The position numbers and the translations under genes are program-made. The notes below the pieces were generated by a model, which was not told the origin of the DNA, searched no databases, and worked only from the letters and a program-made list of their open reading frames with translations. Shown here one piece after another: positions 23,401 through 38,400 of a stretch of 64,000 bases of DNA (its first letter is position 1; every line of letters begins with the position of its first letter). This DNA comes from Thalia democratica (Eukaryota). Location: NCBI GenBank assembly GCA_965202585.1, contig OZ241828.1:46438001-46502000 (forward strand), given 5' to 3'.

Positions 23401-26400
23401 CGTCGGTAACAATTGAGCTGTCACCGTAGACTTCGTCATCTGCAGCTGGCACTCCTTGGATCACAATGGCTTGTTGAGCTGGAGCTGAATCTCCCTTGAA
23501 CGGCTTGCCGCTGTCGGCAGCAACCGGTGAGTATCCTGCGCCGTATCCGCCAGCAAATGGTCTGTCACCGGCCATTGGTTTGCCTCCTACAGCCAATCGT
23601 GCTGAGTCAAAGTCTCCGAGGTCTTTGTGATCGTCAGCGAACACAATACCGTCGTGATCTCCGTAGTAAGAACCGTCTCCCTTGAATGCTGCTGGCATGA
23701 AACCTCCGTCGGTAACAATTGAGCTGTCACCGTAGACTTCGTCATCTGCAGCTGGCATTCCTTGGATCACAATGGCTTGTTGAGCTGGTGCTGAATCTCC
23801 CTTGAACGGCTTGCCGCTGTCGGCAGCAACCGGTGAGTATCCTGCGCCGTATCCGCCAGCAAATGGTCTGTCACCTGCCATTGGTTTGCCTCCTACAGCC
23901 AATCGTGCTGAGTCAAAGTCTCCGAGGTCTTTGTGATCGTCAGCGAACACAATACCGTCGTGATCTCCGTAGTAAGAACCGTCTCCCTTGAATGCTGCTG
24001 GCATGAAACCTCCGTCGGTAACAATTGAGCTGTCACCGTAGACTTCGTCATCTGCAGCTGGCACTCCTTGGATCACAATGGCTTGTTGAGCTGGTGCTGA
24101 ATCTCCCTTGAACGGCTTGCCGCTGTCGGCAGCAACCGGTGAGTATCCTGCGCCGTATCCGCCAGCAAATGGTCTGTCACCTGCCATTGGTTTGCCTCCT
24201 ACAGCCAATCGTGATGGATGGTCGTAACCCTTGTCCTTGTGGTTTTTATCGAAGATAACACCTTGATCGTCTGCAACGTATCCGGCGTTGTCGAAGAACG
24301 GAACGTCGAACTTGTTACCGTCACTGAGAACTTGTTCGTCAGCGTAGAAAGCGTCACTCAATGCTGGAGCACCTCCAACAATAATGGCTTGTTGAGCTGG
24401 AGCTGAATCTCCCTTGAACGGCTTGCCGCTGTCGGCAGCAACCGGTGAGTATCCTGCGCCGTATCCGCCAGCAAATGGTCTGTCACCGGCCATTGGTTTG
24501 CCTCCTACAGCCAATCGTGCTGAGTCAAAGTCTCCGAGGTCTTTGTGATCGTCAGCGAACACAATACCGTCGTGATCTCCGTAGTAAGAACCGTCTCCCT
24601 TGAATGCTGCTGGCATGAAACCTCCGTCGGTAACAATTGAGCTGTCACCGTAGACTTCGTCATCTGCAGCTGGCACTCCTTGGATCACAATGGCTTGTTG
24701 AGCTGGTGCTGAATCTCCCTTGAACGGCTTGCCGCTGTCGGCAGCAACCGGTGAGTATCCTGCGCCGTATCCGCCAGCAAATGGTCTGTCACCTGCCATT
24801 GGTTTGCCTCCTACAGCCAATCGTGATGGATGGTCGTAACCCTTGTCCTTGTGGTTGTCATCGAAGATAACACCTTGATCGTCTGCAACGTATCCGGCGT
24901 TGTCGAAGAACGGAACGTCGAACTTGTTACCGTCACTGAGAACTTGTTCGTCAGCGTAGAAAGCGTCACTCAATGCTGGAGCACCTCCAACAATAATGGC
25001 TTGTTGAGCTGGAGCTGAATCTCCCTTGAACGGCTTGCCGCTGTCGGCAGCAACCGGTGAGTATCGTGCGCCGTATCCGCCAGCAAATGGTCTGTCACCG
25101 GCCATTGGTTTGCCTCCTACAGCCAATCGTGCTGAGTCAAAGTCTCCGAGGTCTTTGTGATCGTCAGCGAACACAATACCGTCGTGATCTCCGTAGTAAG
25201 AACCGTCTCCCTTGAATGCTGCTGGCATGAAACCTCCGTCGGTAACAATTGAGCTGTCACCGTAGACTTCGTCATCTGCAGCTGGCACTCCTTGGATCAC
25301 AATGGCTTGTTGAGCTGGTGCTGAATCTCCCTTGAACGGCTTGCCGCTGTCGGCAGCAACCGGTGAGTATCCTGCGCCGTATCCGCCAGCAAATGGTCTG
25401 TCACCTGCCATTGGTTTGCCTCCTACAGCCAATCGTGATGGATGGTCGTAACCCTTGTCCTTGTGGTTGTTATCGAAGATAACACCTTGATCGCCTGCAA
25501 CGTATCCGGCGTTGTCGAAGAACGGAACGTCGAACTTGTTACCGTCACTGAGAACTTGTTCGTCAGCGTAGAAAGCGTCACTCAATGCTGGAGCACCTCC
25601 AACAATAATGGCTTGTTGAGCTGGAGCTGAATCTCCCTTGAACGGCTTGCCGCTGTCGGCAGCAACCGGTGAGTATCGTGCGCCGTATCCGCCAGCAAAT
25701 GGTCTGTCACCGGCCATTGGTTTGCCTCCTACAGCCAATCGTGCTGAGTCAAAGTCTCCGAGGTCTTTGTGATCGTCAGCGAACACAATACCGTCGTGAT
25801 CTCCGTAGTAAGAACCGTCTCCCTTGAATGCTGCTGGCATGAAACCTCCGTCGGTAACAATTGAGCTGTCACCGTAGACTTCGTCATCTGCAGCTGGCAC
25901 TCCTTGGATCACAATGGCTTGTTGAGCTGGTGCTGAATCTCCCTTGAACGGCTTGCCGCTGTCGGCAGCAACCGGTGAGTATCCTGCGCCGTATCCGCCA
26001 GCAAATGGTCTGTCACCTGCCATTGGTTTGCCTCCTACAGCCAATCGTGATGGATGGTCGTAACCCTTGTCCTTGTGGTTGTTATCGAAGATAACACCTT
26101 GATCGTCTGCAACGTATCCGGCGTTGTCGAAGAACGGAACGTCGAACTTGTTACCGTCACTGAGAACTTGTTCGTCAGCGTAGAAAGCGTCACTCAATGC
26201 TGGAGCACCTCCAACAATAATGGCTTGTTGAGCTGGAGCTGAATCTCCCTTGAACGGCTTGCCGCTGTCGGCAGCAACCGGTGAGTATCCTGCGCCGTAT
26301 CCGCCAGCAAATGGTCTGTCACCGGCCATTGGTTTGCCTCCTACAGCCAATCGTGCTGAGTCAAAGTCTCCGAGGTCTTTGTGATCGTCAGCGAACACAA

Positions 26401-29400
26401 TACCGTCGTGATCTCCGTAGTAAGAACCGTCTCCCTTGAATGCTGCTGGCATGAAACCTCCGTCGGTAACAATTGAGCTGTCACCGTAGACTTCGTCATC
26501 TGCAGCTGGCACTCCTTGGATCACAATGGCTTGTTGAGCTGGTGCTGAATCTCCCTTGAACGGCTTGCCGCTGTCGGCAGCAACCGGTGAGTATCCTGCG
26601 CCGTATCCGCCAGCAAATGGTCTGTCACCGGCCATTGGTTTGCCTCCTACAGCCAATCGTGCTGAGTCAAAGTCTCCGAGGTCTTTGTGATCGTCAGCGA
26701 ACACAATACCGTCGTGATCTCCGTAGTAAGAACCGTCTCCCTTGAATGCTGCTGGCATGAAACCTCCGTCGGTAACAATTGAGCTGTCACCGTAGACTTC
26801 GTCATCTGCAGCTGGCACTCCTTGGATCACAATGGCTTGTTGAGCTGGTGCTGAATCTCCCTTGAACGGCTTGCCGCTGTCGGCAGCAACCGGTGAGTAT
26901 CCTGCGCCGTATCCGCCAGCAAATGGTCTGTCACCTGCCATTGGTTTGCCTCCTACAGCCAATCGTGATGGATGGTCGTAACCCTTGTCCTTGTGGTTGT
27001 TATCGAAGATAACACCTTGATCGTCTGCAACGTATCCGGCGTTGTCGAAGAACGGAACGTCGAACTTGTTACCGTCACTGAGAACTTGTTCGTCAGCGTA
27101 GAAAGCGTCACTCAATGCTGGAGCACCTCCAACAATAATGGCTTGTTGAGCTGGAGCTGAATCTCCCTTGAACGGCTTGCCGCTGTCGGCAGCAACCGGT
27201 GAGTATCCTGCGCCGTATCCGCCAGCAAATGGTCTGTCACCTGCCATTGGTTTGCCTCCTACAGCCAATCGTGCTGAGTCAAAGTCTCCGAGGTCTTTGT
27301 GATCGTCAGCGAACACAATACCGTCGTGATCTCCGTAGTAAGAACCGTCTCCCTTGAATGCTGCTGGCATGAAACCTCCGTCGGTAACAATTGAGCTGTC
27401 ACCGTAGACTTCGTCATCTGCAGCTGGCACTCCTTGGATCACAATGGCTTGTTGAGCTGGTGCTGAATCTCCCTTGAACGGCTTGCCGCTGTCGGCAGCA
27501 ACCGGTGAGTATCCTGCGCCGTATCCGCCAGCAAATGGTCTGTCACCTGCCATTGGTTTGCCTCCTACAGCCAATCGTGATGGATGGTCGTAACCCTTGT
27601 CCTTGTGGTTTTTATCGAAGATAACACCTTGATCGTCTGCAACGTATCCGGCGTTGTCTAAGAACGGAACGTCGAACTTGTTACCGTCACTGAGAACTTG
27701 TTCGTCAGCGTAGAAAGCGTCACTCAATGCTGGAGCACCTCCAACAATAATGGCTTGTTGAGCTGGAGCTGAATCTCCCTTGAACGGCTTGCCGCTGTCG
27801 GCAGCAACCGGTGAGTATCCTGCGCCGTATCCGCCAGCAAATGGTCTGTCACCGGCCATTGGTTTGCCTCCTACAGCCAATCGTGCTGAGTCAAAGTCTC
27901 CGAGGTCTTTGTGATCGTCAGCGAACACAATACCGTCGTGATCTCCGTAGTAAGAACCGTCTCCCTTGAATGCTGCTGGCATGAAACCTCCGTCGGTAAC
28001 AATTGAGCTGTCACCGTAGACTTCGTCATCTGCAGCTGGCACTCCTTGGATCACAATGGCTTGTTGAGCTGGTGCTGAATCTCCCTTGAACGGCTTGCTG
28101 CTGTCGGCAGCAACCGGTGAGTATCCTGCGCCGTATCCGCCAGCAAATGGTCTGTCACCTGCCATTGGTTTGCCTCCTACAGCCAATCGTGATGGATGGT
28201 CGTAACCCTTGTCCTTGTGGTTGTTATCGAAGATAACACCTTGATCGTCTGCAACGTATCCGGCGTTGTCGAAGAACGGAACGTCGAACTTGTTACCGTC
28301 ACTGAGAACTTGTTCGTCAGCGTAGAAAGCGTCACTCAATGCTGGAGCACCTCCAACAATAATGGCTTGTTGAGCTGGAGCTGAATCTCCCTTGAACGGC
28401 TTGCCGCTGTCGGCAGCAACCGGTGAGTATCGTGCGCCGTATCCGCCAGCAAATGGTCTGTCACCGGCCATTGGTTTGCCTCCTACAGCCAATCGTGCTG
28501 AGTCAAAGTCTCCGAGGTCTTTGTGATCGTCAGCGAACACAATACCGTCGTGATCTCCGTAGTAAGAACCGTCTCCCTTGAATGCTGCTGGCATGAAACC
28601 TCCGTCGGTAACAATTGAGCTGTCACCGTAGACTTCGTCATCTGCAGCTGGCACTCCTTGGATCACAATGGCTTGTTGAGCTGGTGCTAAATCTCCCTTG
28701 AACGGCTTGCCGCTGTCGGCAGCAACCGGTGAGTATCCTGCGCCGTATCCGCCAGCAAATGGTCTGTCACCTGCCATTGGTTTGCCTCCTACAGCCAATC
28801 GTGATGGATGGTCGTAACCCTTGTCCTTGTGGTTGTTATCGAAGATAACACCTTGATCGTCTGCAACGTATCCGGCGTTGTCGAAGAACGGAACGTCGAA
28901 CTTGTTACCGTCACTGAGAACTTGTTCGTCAGCGTAGAAAGCGTCACTCAATGCTGGAGCACCTCCAACAATAATGGCTTGTTGAGCTGGAGCTGAATCT
29001 CCCTTGAACGGCTTGCCGCTGTCGGCAGCAACCGGTGAGTATCGTGCGCCGTATCCGCCAGCAAATGGTCTGTCACCGGCCATTGGTTTGCCTCCTACAG
29101 CCAATCGTGCTGAGTCAAAGTCTCCGAGGTCTTTGTGATCGTCAGCGAACACAATACCGTCGTGATCTCCGTAGTAAGAACCGTCTCCCTTGAATGCTGC
29201 TGGCATGAAACCTCCGTCGGTAACAATTGAGCTGTCACCGTAGACTTCGTCATCTGCAGCTGGCACTCCTTGGATCACAATGGCTTGTTGAGCTGGTGCT
29301 GAATCTCCCTTGAACGGCTTGCCGCTGTCGGCAGCAACCGGTGAGTATCCTGCGCCGTATCCGCCAGCAAATGGTCTGTCACCGGCCATTGGTTTGCCTC

Positions 29401-32400
29401 CTACAGCCAATCGTGCTGAGTCAAAGTCTCCGAGGTCTTTGTGATCGTCAGCGAACACAATACCGTCGTGATCTCCGTAGTAAGAACCGTCTCCCTTGAA
29501 TGCTGCTGGCATGAAACCTCCGTCGGTAACAATTGAGCTGTCACCGTAAACTTCGTCATCTGCAGCTGGCACTCCTTGGATCACAATGGCTTGTTGAGCT
29601 GGTGCTGAATCTCCCTTGAACGGCTTGCCGCTGTCGGCAGCAACCGGTGAGTATCGTGCGCCGTATCCGCCAGCAAATGGTCTGTCACCGGCCATTGGTT
29701 TGCCTCCTACAGCCAATCGTGCTGAGTCAAAGTCTCCGAGGTCTTTGTGATCGTCAGCGAACACAATACCGTCGTGATCTCCGTAGTAAGAACCGTCTCC
29801 CTTGAATGCTGCTGGCATGAAACCTCCGTCGGTAACAATTGAGCTGTCACCGTAGACTTCGTCATCTGCAGCTGGCACTCCTTGGATCACAATGGCTTGT
29901 TGAGCTGGTGCTGAATCTCCCTTGAACGGCTTGCCGCTGTCGGCAGCAACCGGTGAGTATCCTGCGCCGTATCCGCCAGCAAATGGTCTGTCACCTGCCA
30001 TTGGTTTGCCTCCTACAGCCAATCGTGATGGATGGTCGTAACCCTTGTCCTTGTGGTTGTTATCGAAGATAACACCTTGATCGTCTGCAACGTATCCGGC
30101 GTTGTCGAAGAACGGAACGTCGAACTTGTTACCGTCACTGAGAACTTGTTCGTCAGCGTAGAAAGCGTCACTCAATGCTGGAGCACCTCCAACAATAATG
30201 GCTTGTTGAGCTGGAGCTGAATCTCCCTTGAACGGCTTGCCGCTGTCGGCAGCAACCGGTGAGTATCCTGCGCCGTATCCGCCAGCAAATGGTCTGTCAC
30301 CGGCCATTGGTTTGCCTCCTACAGCCAATCGTGCTGAGTCAAAGTCTCCGAGGTCTTTGTGATCGTCAGCGAACACAATACCGTCGTGATCTCCGTAGTA
30401 AGAACCGTCTCCCTTGAATGCTGCTGGCATGAAACCTCCGTCGGTAACAATTGAGCTGTCACCGTAGACTTCGTCATCTGCAGCTGGCACTCCTTGGATC
30501 ACAATGGCTTGTTGAGCTGGTGCTGAATCTCCCTTGAACGGCTTGCCGCTGTCGGCAGCAACCGGTGAGTATCCTGCGCCGTATCCGCCAGCAAATGGTC
30601 TGTCACCTGCCATTGGTTTGCCTACTACAGCCAATCGTGATGGATGGTCGTAACCCTTGTCCTTGTGGTTGTTATCGAAGATAACACCTTGATCGTCTGC
30701 AACGTATCCGGCGTTGTCGAAGAACGGAACGTCGAACTTGTTACTGTCACTGAGAACTTGTTCGTCAGCGTAGAAAGCGTCACTCAATGCTTGAGCACCT
30801 CCAACAATAATGGCTTGTTGAGCTGGAGCTGAATCTCCCTTGAACGGCTTGCCGCTGTCGGCAGCAACCGGTGAGTATCCTGCGCCGTATCCGCCAGCAA
30901 ATGGTCTGTCACCGGCCATTGGTTTGCCTCCTACAGCCAATCGTGCTGAGTCAAAGTCTCCGAGGTCTTTGTGATCGTCAGCGAACACAATACCGTCGTG
31001 ATCTCCGTAGTAAGAACCGTCTCCCTTGAATGCTGCTGGCATGAAACCTCCGTCGGTAACAATTGAGCTGTCACCGTAGACTTCGTCATCTGCAGCTGGC
31101 ACTCCTTGGATCACAATGGCTTGTTGAGCTGGAGCTGAATCTCCCTTGAACGGCTTGCCGCTGTCGGCAGCAACCGGTGAGTATCCTGCGCCGTATCCGC
31201 CAGCAAATGGTCTGTCACCGGCCATTGGTTTGCCTCCTACAGCCAATCGTGCTGAGTCAAAGTCTCCAAGGTCTTTGTGATCATCAGCGAACACAATACC
31301 GTCGTGATCTCCGTAGTAAGAACCGTCTCCCTTGAATGCTGCTGGCATGAAACCTCCGTCGGTAACAATTGAGCTGTCACCGTAGACTTCGTCATCTGCA
31401 GCTGGCACTCCTTGGATCACAATGGCTTGTTGAGCTGGTGCTGAATCTCCCTTGAACGGCTTGCCGCTGTCGGCAGCAACCGGTGAGTATCCTGCGCCGT
31501 ATCCGCCAGCAAATGGTCTGTCACCGGCCATTGGTTTGCCTCCTACAGCCAATCGTCCTGAGTCAAAGTCTCCGAGGTCTTTGTGATCGTCAGCGAACAC
31601 AATACCGTCGTGATCTCCGTAGTAAGAACCGTCTCCCTTGAATGCTGCTGGCATGAAACCTCCGTCGGTAACAATTGAGCTGTCACCGTAGACTTCGTCA
31701 TCTGCAGCTGGCACTCCTTGGATCACAATGGCTTGTTGAGCTGGTGCTGAATCTCCCTTGAACGGCTTGCCGCTGTCGGCAGCAACCGGTGAGTATCCTG
31801 CGCCGTATCCGCCAGCAAATGGTCTGTCACCTGCCATTGGTTTGCCTCCTACAGCCAATCGTGCTGAGTCAAAGTCTCCGAGGTCTTTGTGATCGTCAGC
31901 GAACACAATACCGTCGTGATCTCCGTAGTAAGAACCGTCTCCCTTGAATGCTGCTGGCATGAAACCTCCGTCGGTAACAATTGAGCTGTCACCGTAGACT
32001 TCGTCATCTGCAGCTGGCACTCCTTGGATCACAATGGCTTGTTGAGCTGGTGCTGAATCTCCCTTGAACGGCTTGCCGCTGTCGGCAGCAACCGGTGAGT
32101 ATCCTGCGCCGTATCCGCCAGCAAATGGTCTGTCACCTGCCATTGGTTTGCCTCCTACAGCCAATCGTGATGGATGGTCGTAACCCTTGTCCTTGTGGTT
32201 GTCATCGAAGATAACACCTTGATCGTCTGCAACGTATCCGGCGTTGTCGAAGAACGGAACGTCGAACTTGTTACCGTCACTGAGAACTTGTTCGTCAGCG
32301 TAGAAAGCGTCACTCAATGCTGGAGCACCTCCAACAATAATGGCTTGTTGAGCTGGAGCTGAATCTCCCTTGAACGGCTTGCCGCTGTCGGCAGCAACCG

Positions 32401-35400
32401 GTGAGTATCCTGCGCCGTATCCGCCAGCAAATGGTCTGTCACCGGCCATTGGTTTGCCTCCTACAGCCAATCGTGCTGAGTCAAAGTCTCCAAGGTCTTT
32501 GTGATCGTCAGCGAACACAATACCGTCGTGATCTCCGTAGTAAGAACCGTCTCCCTTGAATGCTGCTGGCATGAAACCTCCGTCGGTAACAATTGAGCTG
32601 TCACCGTAGACTTCGTCATCTGCAGCTGGCACTCCTTGGATCACAATGGCTTGTTGAGCTGGAGCTGAATCTCCCTTGAACGGCTTGCCGCTGTCGGCAG
32701 CAACCGGTGAGTATCCTGCGCCGTATCCGCCAGCAAATGGTCTGTCACCGGCCATTGGTTTGCCTCCTACAGCCAATCGTGCTGAGTCAAAGTCTCCGAG
32801 GTCTTTGTGATCGTCAGCGAACACAATACCGTCGTGATCTCCGTAGTAAGAACCGTCTCCCTTGAATGCTGCTGGCATGAAACCTCCGTCGGTAACAATT
32901 GAGCTGTCACCGTAGACTTCGTCATCTGCAGCTGGCACTCCTTGGATCACAATGGCTTGTTGAGCTGGAGCTGAATCTCCCTTGAACGGCTTGCCGCTGT
33001 CGGCAGCAACCGGTGAGTATCCTGCGCCGTATCCGCCAGCAAATGGTCTGTCACCGGCCATTGGTTTGCCTCCTACAGCCAATCGTGCTGAGTCAAAGTC
33101 TCCAAGGTCTTTGTGATCATCAGCGAACACAATACCGTCGTGATCTCCGTAGTAAGAACCGTCTCCCTTGAATGCTGCTGGCATGAAACCTCCGTCGGTA
33201 ACAATTGAGCTGTCACCGTAGACTTCGTCATCTGCAGCTGGCACTCCTTGGATCACAATGGCTTGTTGAGCTGGTGCTGAATCTCCCTTGAACGGCTTGC
33301 CGCTGTCGGCAGCAACCGGTGAGTATCCTGCGCCGTATCCGCCAGCAAATGGTCTGTCACCTACCATTGGTTTGCCTCCTACAGCCAATCGTGCTGAGTC
33401 AAAGTCTCCGAGGTCTTTGTGATCGTCAGCGAACACAATACCGTCGTGATCTCCGTAGTAAGAACCGTCTCCCTTGAATGCTGCTGGCATGAAACCTCCG
33501 TCGGTAACAATTGAGCTGTCACAGTAGACTTCGTCATCTGCAGCTGGCACTCCTTGGATCACAATGGCTTGTTGAGCTGGTGCTGAATCTCCCTTGAACG
33601 GCTTGCCGCTGTCGGCAGCAACCGGTGAGTATCCTGCGCCGTATCCGCCAGCAAATGGTCTGTCACCTGCCATTGGTTTGCCTCCTACAGCCAATCGTGC
33701 TGAGTCAAAGTCTCCGAGGTCTTTGTGATCGTCAGCGAACACAATACCGTCGTGATCTCCGTAGTAAGAACCGTCTCCCTTGAATGCTGCTGGCATGAAA
33801 CTTCCGTCGGTAACAATTGAGCTGTCACCGTAGACTTCGTCATCTGCAGCTGGCACTCCTTGGATCACAATGGCTTGTTGAGCTGGTGCTGAATCTCCCT
33901 TGAACGGCTTGCCGCTGTCGGCAGCAACCGGTGAGTATCCTGCGCCGTATCCGCCAGCAAATGGTCTGTCACCTGCCATTGGTTTGCCTCCTACAGCCAA
34001 TCGTGATGGATGGTCGTAACCCTTGTCCTTGTGGTTGTCATCGAAGATAACACCTTGATCGTCTGCAACGTATCCGGCGTTGTCGAAGAACGGAACGTCG
34101 AACTTGTTACCGTCACTGATAACTTGTTCGTCAGCGTAGAAAGCGTCACTCAATGCCTGAGCACCTCCAACAATAATGGCTTGTTGAGCTGGAGCTGAAT
34201 CTCCCTTGAACGGCTTGCCGCTGTCGGCAGCAACCGGTGAGTATCCTGCGCCGTATCCGCCAGCAAATGGTCTGTCACCGGCCATTGGTTTGCCTCCTAC
34301 AGCCAATCGTGCTGAGTCAAAGTCTCCGAGGTCTTTGTGATCGTCAGCGAACACAATACCGTCGTGATCTCCGTAGTAAGAACCGTCTCCCTTGAATGCT
34401 GCTGGCATGAAACCTCCGTCGGTAACAATTGAGCTGTCACCGTAGACTTCGTCATCTGCAGCTGGCACTCCTTGGATCACAATGGCTTGTTGAGCTGGTG
34501 CTGAATCTCCCTTGAACGGCTTGCCGCTGTCGGCAGCAACCGGTGAGTATCCTGCGCCGTATCCGCCAGCAAATGGTCTGTCACCTGCCATTGGTTTGCC
34601 TCCTACAGCCAATCGTGCTGAGTCAAAGTCTCCGAGGTCTTTGTGATCGTCAGCGAACACAATACCGTCGTGATCTCCGTAGTAAGAACCGTCTCCCTTG
34701 AATGCTGCTGGCATGAAACCTCCGTCGGTAACAATTGAGCTGTCACCGTAGACTTCGTCATCTGCAGCTGGCACTCCTTGGATCACAATGGCTCGTTGAG
34801 CTGGTGCTGAATCTCCCTTGAACGGCTTGCCGCTGTCGGCAGCAACCGGTGAGTATCCTGCGCCGTATCCGCCAGCAAATGGTCTGTCACCTGCCATTGG
34901 TTTGCCTCCTACAGCCAATCGTGATGGATGGTCGTAACCCTTGTCCTTGTGGTTGTCATCGAAGATAACACCTTGATCGTCTGCAACGTATCCGGCGTTG
35001 TCGAAGAACGGAACGTCGAACTTGTTACCGTCACTGAGAACTTGTTCGTCAGCGTAGAAAGCGTCACTCAATGCCTGAGCACCTCCAACAATAATGGCTT
35101 GTTGAGCTGGAGCTGAATCTCCCTTGAACGGCTTGCCGCTGTCGGCAGCAACCGGTGAGTATCCTGCGCCGTATCCGCCAGCAAATGGTCTGTCACCGGC
35201 CATTGGTTTGCCTCCTACAGCCAATCGTGCTGAGTCAAAGTCTCCGAGGTCTTTGTGATCGTCAGCGAACACAATACCGTCGTGATCTCCGTAGTAAGAA
35301 CCGTCTCCCTTGAATGCTGCTGGCATGAAACCTCCGTCGGTAACAATTGAGCTGTCACCGTAAACTTCGTCATCTGCAGCTGGCACTCCTTGGATCACAA

Positions 35401-38400
35401 TGGCTTGTTGAGCTGGTGCTGAATCTCCCTTGAACGGCTTGCCGCTGTCGGCAGCAACCGGTGAGTATCCTGCGCCGTATCCGCCAGCAAATGGTCTGTC
35501 ACCGGCCATTGGTTTGCCTCCTACAGCCAATCGTGCTGAGTCAAAGTCTCCGAGGTCTTTGTGATCGTCAGCGAACACAATACCGTCGTGATCTCCGTAG
35601 TAAGAACCGTCTCCCTTGAATGCTGCTGGCATGAAACCTCCGTCGGTAACAATTGAGCTGTCACCGTAGACTTCGTCATCTGCAGCTGGCACTCCTTGGA
35701 TCACAATGGCTTGTTGAGCTGGTGCTGAATCTCCCTTGAACGGCTTGCCGCTGTCGGCAGCAACCGGTGAGTATCCTGCGCCGTATCCGCCAGCAAATGG
35801 TCTGTCACCTGCCATTGGTTTGCCTCCTACAGCCAATCGTGATGGATGGTCGTAACCCTTGTCCTTGTGGTTGTTATCGAAGATAACACCTTGATCGTCT
35901 GCAACGTATCCGGCGTTGTCGAAGAACGGAACGTCGAACTTGTTACCGTCACTGAGAACTTGTTCGTCAGCGTAGAAAGCGTCACTCAATGCTGGAGCAC
36001 CTCCAACAATAATTGCTTGTTGAGCTGGAGCTGAATCTCCCTTGAACGGCTTGCCGCTGTCGGCAGCAACCGGTGAGTATCCTGCGCCGTATCCGCCAGC
36101 AAATGGTCTGTCACCGGTTATTGGTTTGCCTCCTACAGCCAATCGTGCTGAGTCAAAGTCTCCGAGGTCTTTGTGATCGTCAGCGAACACAACACCGTCG
36201 TGATCTCCGTAGTAAGAACCGTCTCCCTTGAATGCTGCTGGCATGAAACCTCCGTCGGTAACAATTGAGCTGTCACCGTAGACTTCGTCATCTGCAGCTG
36301 GCACTCCTTGGATCACAATGGCTTGTTGAGCTGGTGCTGAATCTCCCTTGAACGGCTTGCCGCTGTCGGCAGCAACCGGTGAGTATCCTGCGCCGTATCC
36401 GCCAGCAAATGGTCTGTCACCTGCCATTGGTTTGCCTCCTACAGCCAATCGTGATGGATGGTCGTAACCCTTGTCCTTGTGGTTGTTATCGAAGATAACA
36501 CCTTGATCGTCTGCAACGTATCCGGCGTTGTCGAAGAACGGAACGTCGAACTTGTTACCGTCACTGAGAACTTGTTCGTCAGCGTAGAAAGCGTCACTCA
36601 ATGCTGGAGCACCTCCAACAATAATTGCTTGTTGAGCTGGTGCTGAATCTCCCTTGAACGGCTTGCCGCTGTCGGCAGCAACCGGTGAGTATCCTGCGCC
36701 GTATCCGCCAGCAAATGGTCTGTCACCGGCCATTGGTTTGCCTCCTACAGCCAATCGTGCTGAGTCAAAGTCTCCGAGGTCTTTGTGATCGTCAGCGAAC
36801 ACAATACCGTCGTGATCTCCGTAGTAAGAACCGTCTCCCTTGAATGCTGCTGGCATGAAACCTCCGTCGGTAACAATTGAGCTGTCACCGTAGACTTCGT
36901 CATCTGCAGCTGGCACTCCTTGGATCACAATGGCTTGTTGAGCTGGTACTGAATCTCCCTTGAACGGCTTGCCGCTGTCGGCAGCAACCGGTGAGTATCC
37001 TGCGCCGTATCCGCCAGCAAATTGTCTGTCACCTGCCATTGGTTTGCCTCCTACAGCCAATCGTGATGGATGGTCGTAACCCTTGTCCTTGTGGTTGTTA
37101 TCGAAGATAACACCTTGATCGTCTGCAACGTATCCGGCGTTGTCGAAGAACGGAACGTCGAACTTGTTACCGTCACTGAGAACTTGTTCGTCAGCGTAGA
37201 AAGCGTCACTCAATGCTGGAGCACCTCCAACAATAATGGCTTGTTGAGCTGGAGCTGAATCTCCCTTGAACGGCTTGCCGCTGTCGGCAGCAACCGGTGA
37301 GTACCCTGCGCCGTATCCGCCAGCAAATGGTCTGTCACCGGCCATTGGTTTGCCTCCTACAGCCAATCGTGCTGAGTCAAAGTCTCCGAGGTCTTTGTGA
37401 TCGTCAGCGAACACAATACCGTCGTGATCTCCGTAGTAAGAACCGTCTCCCTTGAATGCTGCTGGCATGAAACCTCCGTCGGTAACAATTGAGTTGTCAC
37501 CGTAAACTTCGTCATCTGCAGCTGGCACTCCTTGGATCACAATGGCTTGTTGAGCTGGTGCTGAATCTCCCTTGAACGGCTTGCCGCTGTCGGCAGCAAC
37601 CGGTGAGTATCGTGCGCCGTATCCGCCAGCAAATGGTCTGTCACCGGCCATTGGTTTGCCTCCTACAGCCAATCGTGCTGAGTCAAAGTCTCCGAGGTCT
37701 TTGTGATCGTCAGCGAACACAATACCGTCGTGATCTCCGTAGTAAGAACCGTCTCCCTTGAATGCTGCTGGCATGAAACCTCCGTCGGTAACAATTGAGT
37801 TGTCACCGTAGACTTCGTCATCTGCAGCTGGCACTCCTTGGATCACAATGGCTTGTTGAGCTGGTGCTGAATCTCCCTTGAACGGCTTGCCGCTGTCGGC
37901 AGCAACCGGTGAGTATCCTGCGCCGTATCCGCCAGCAAATGGTCTGTCACCTGCCATTGGTTTGCCTCCTACAGCCAATCGTGATGGATGGTCGTAACCC
38001 TTGTCCTTGTGGTTGTTATCGAAGATAACACCTTGATCGTCTGCAACGTATCCGGCGTTGTCGAAGAACGGAACGTCGAACTTGTTACCGTCACTGAGAA
38101 CTTGTTCGTCAGCGTAGAAAGCGTCACTCAATGCTGGAGCACCTCCAACAATAATGGCTTGTTGAGCTGGAGCTGAATCTCCCTTGAACGGCTTGCCGCT
38201 GTCGGCAGCAACCGGTGAGTATCCTGCGCCGTATCCGCCAGCAAATGGTCTGTCACCGGCCATTGGTTTGCCTCCTACAGCCAATCGTGCTGAGTCAAAG
38301 TCTCCGAGGTCTTTGTGATCGTCAGCGAACACAATACCGTCGTGATCTCCGTAGTAAGAACCGTCTCCCTTGAATGCTGCTGGCATGAAACCTCCGTCGG

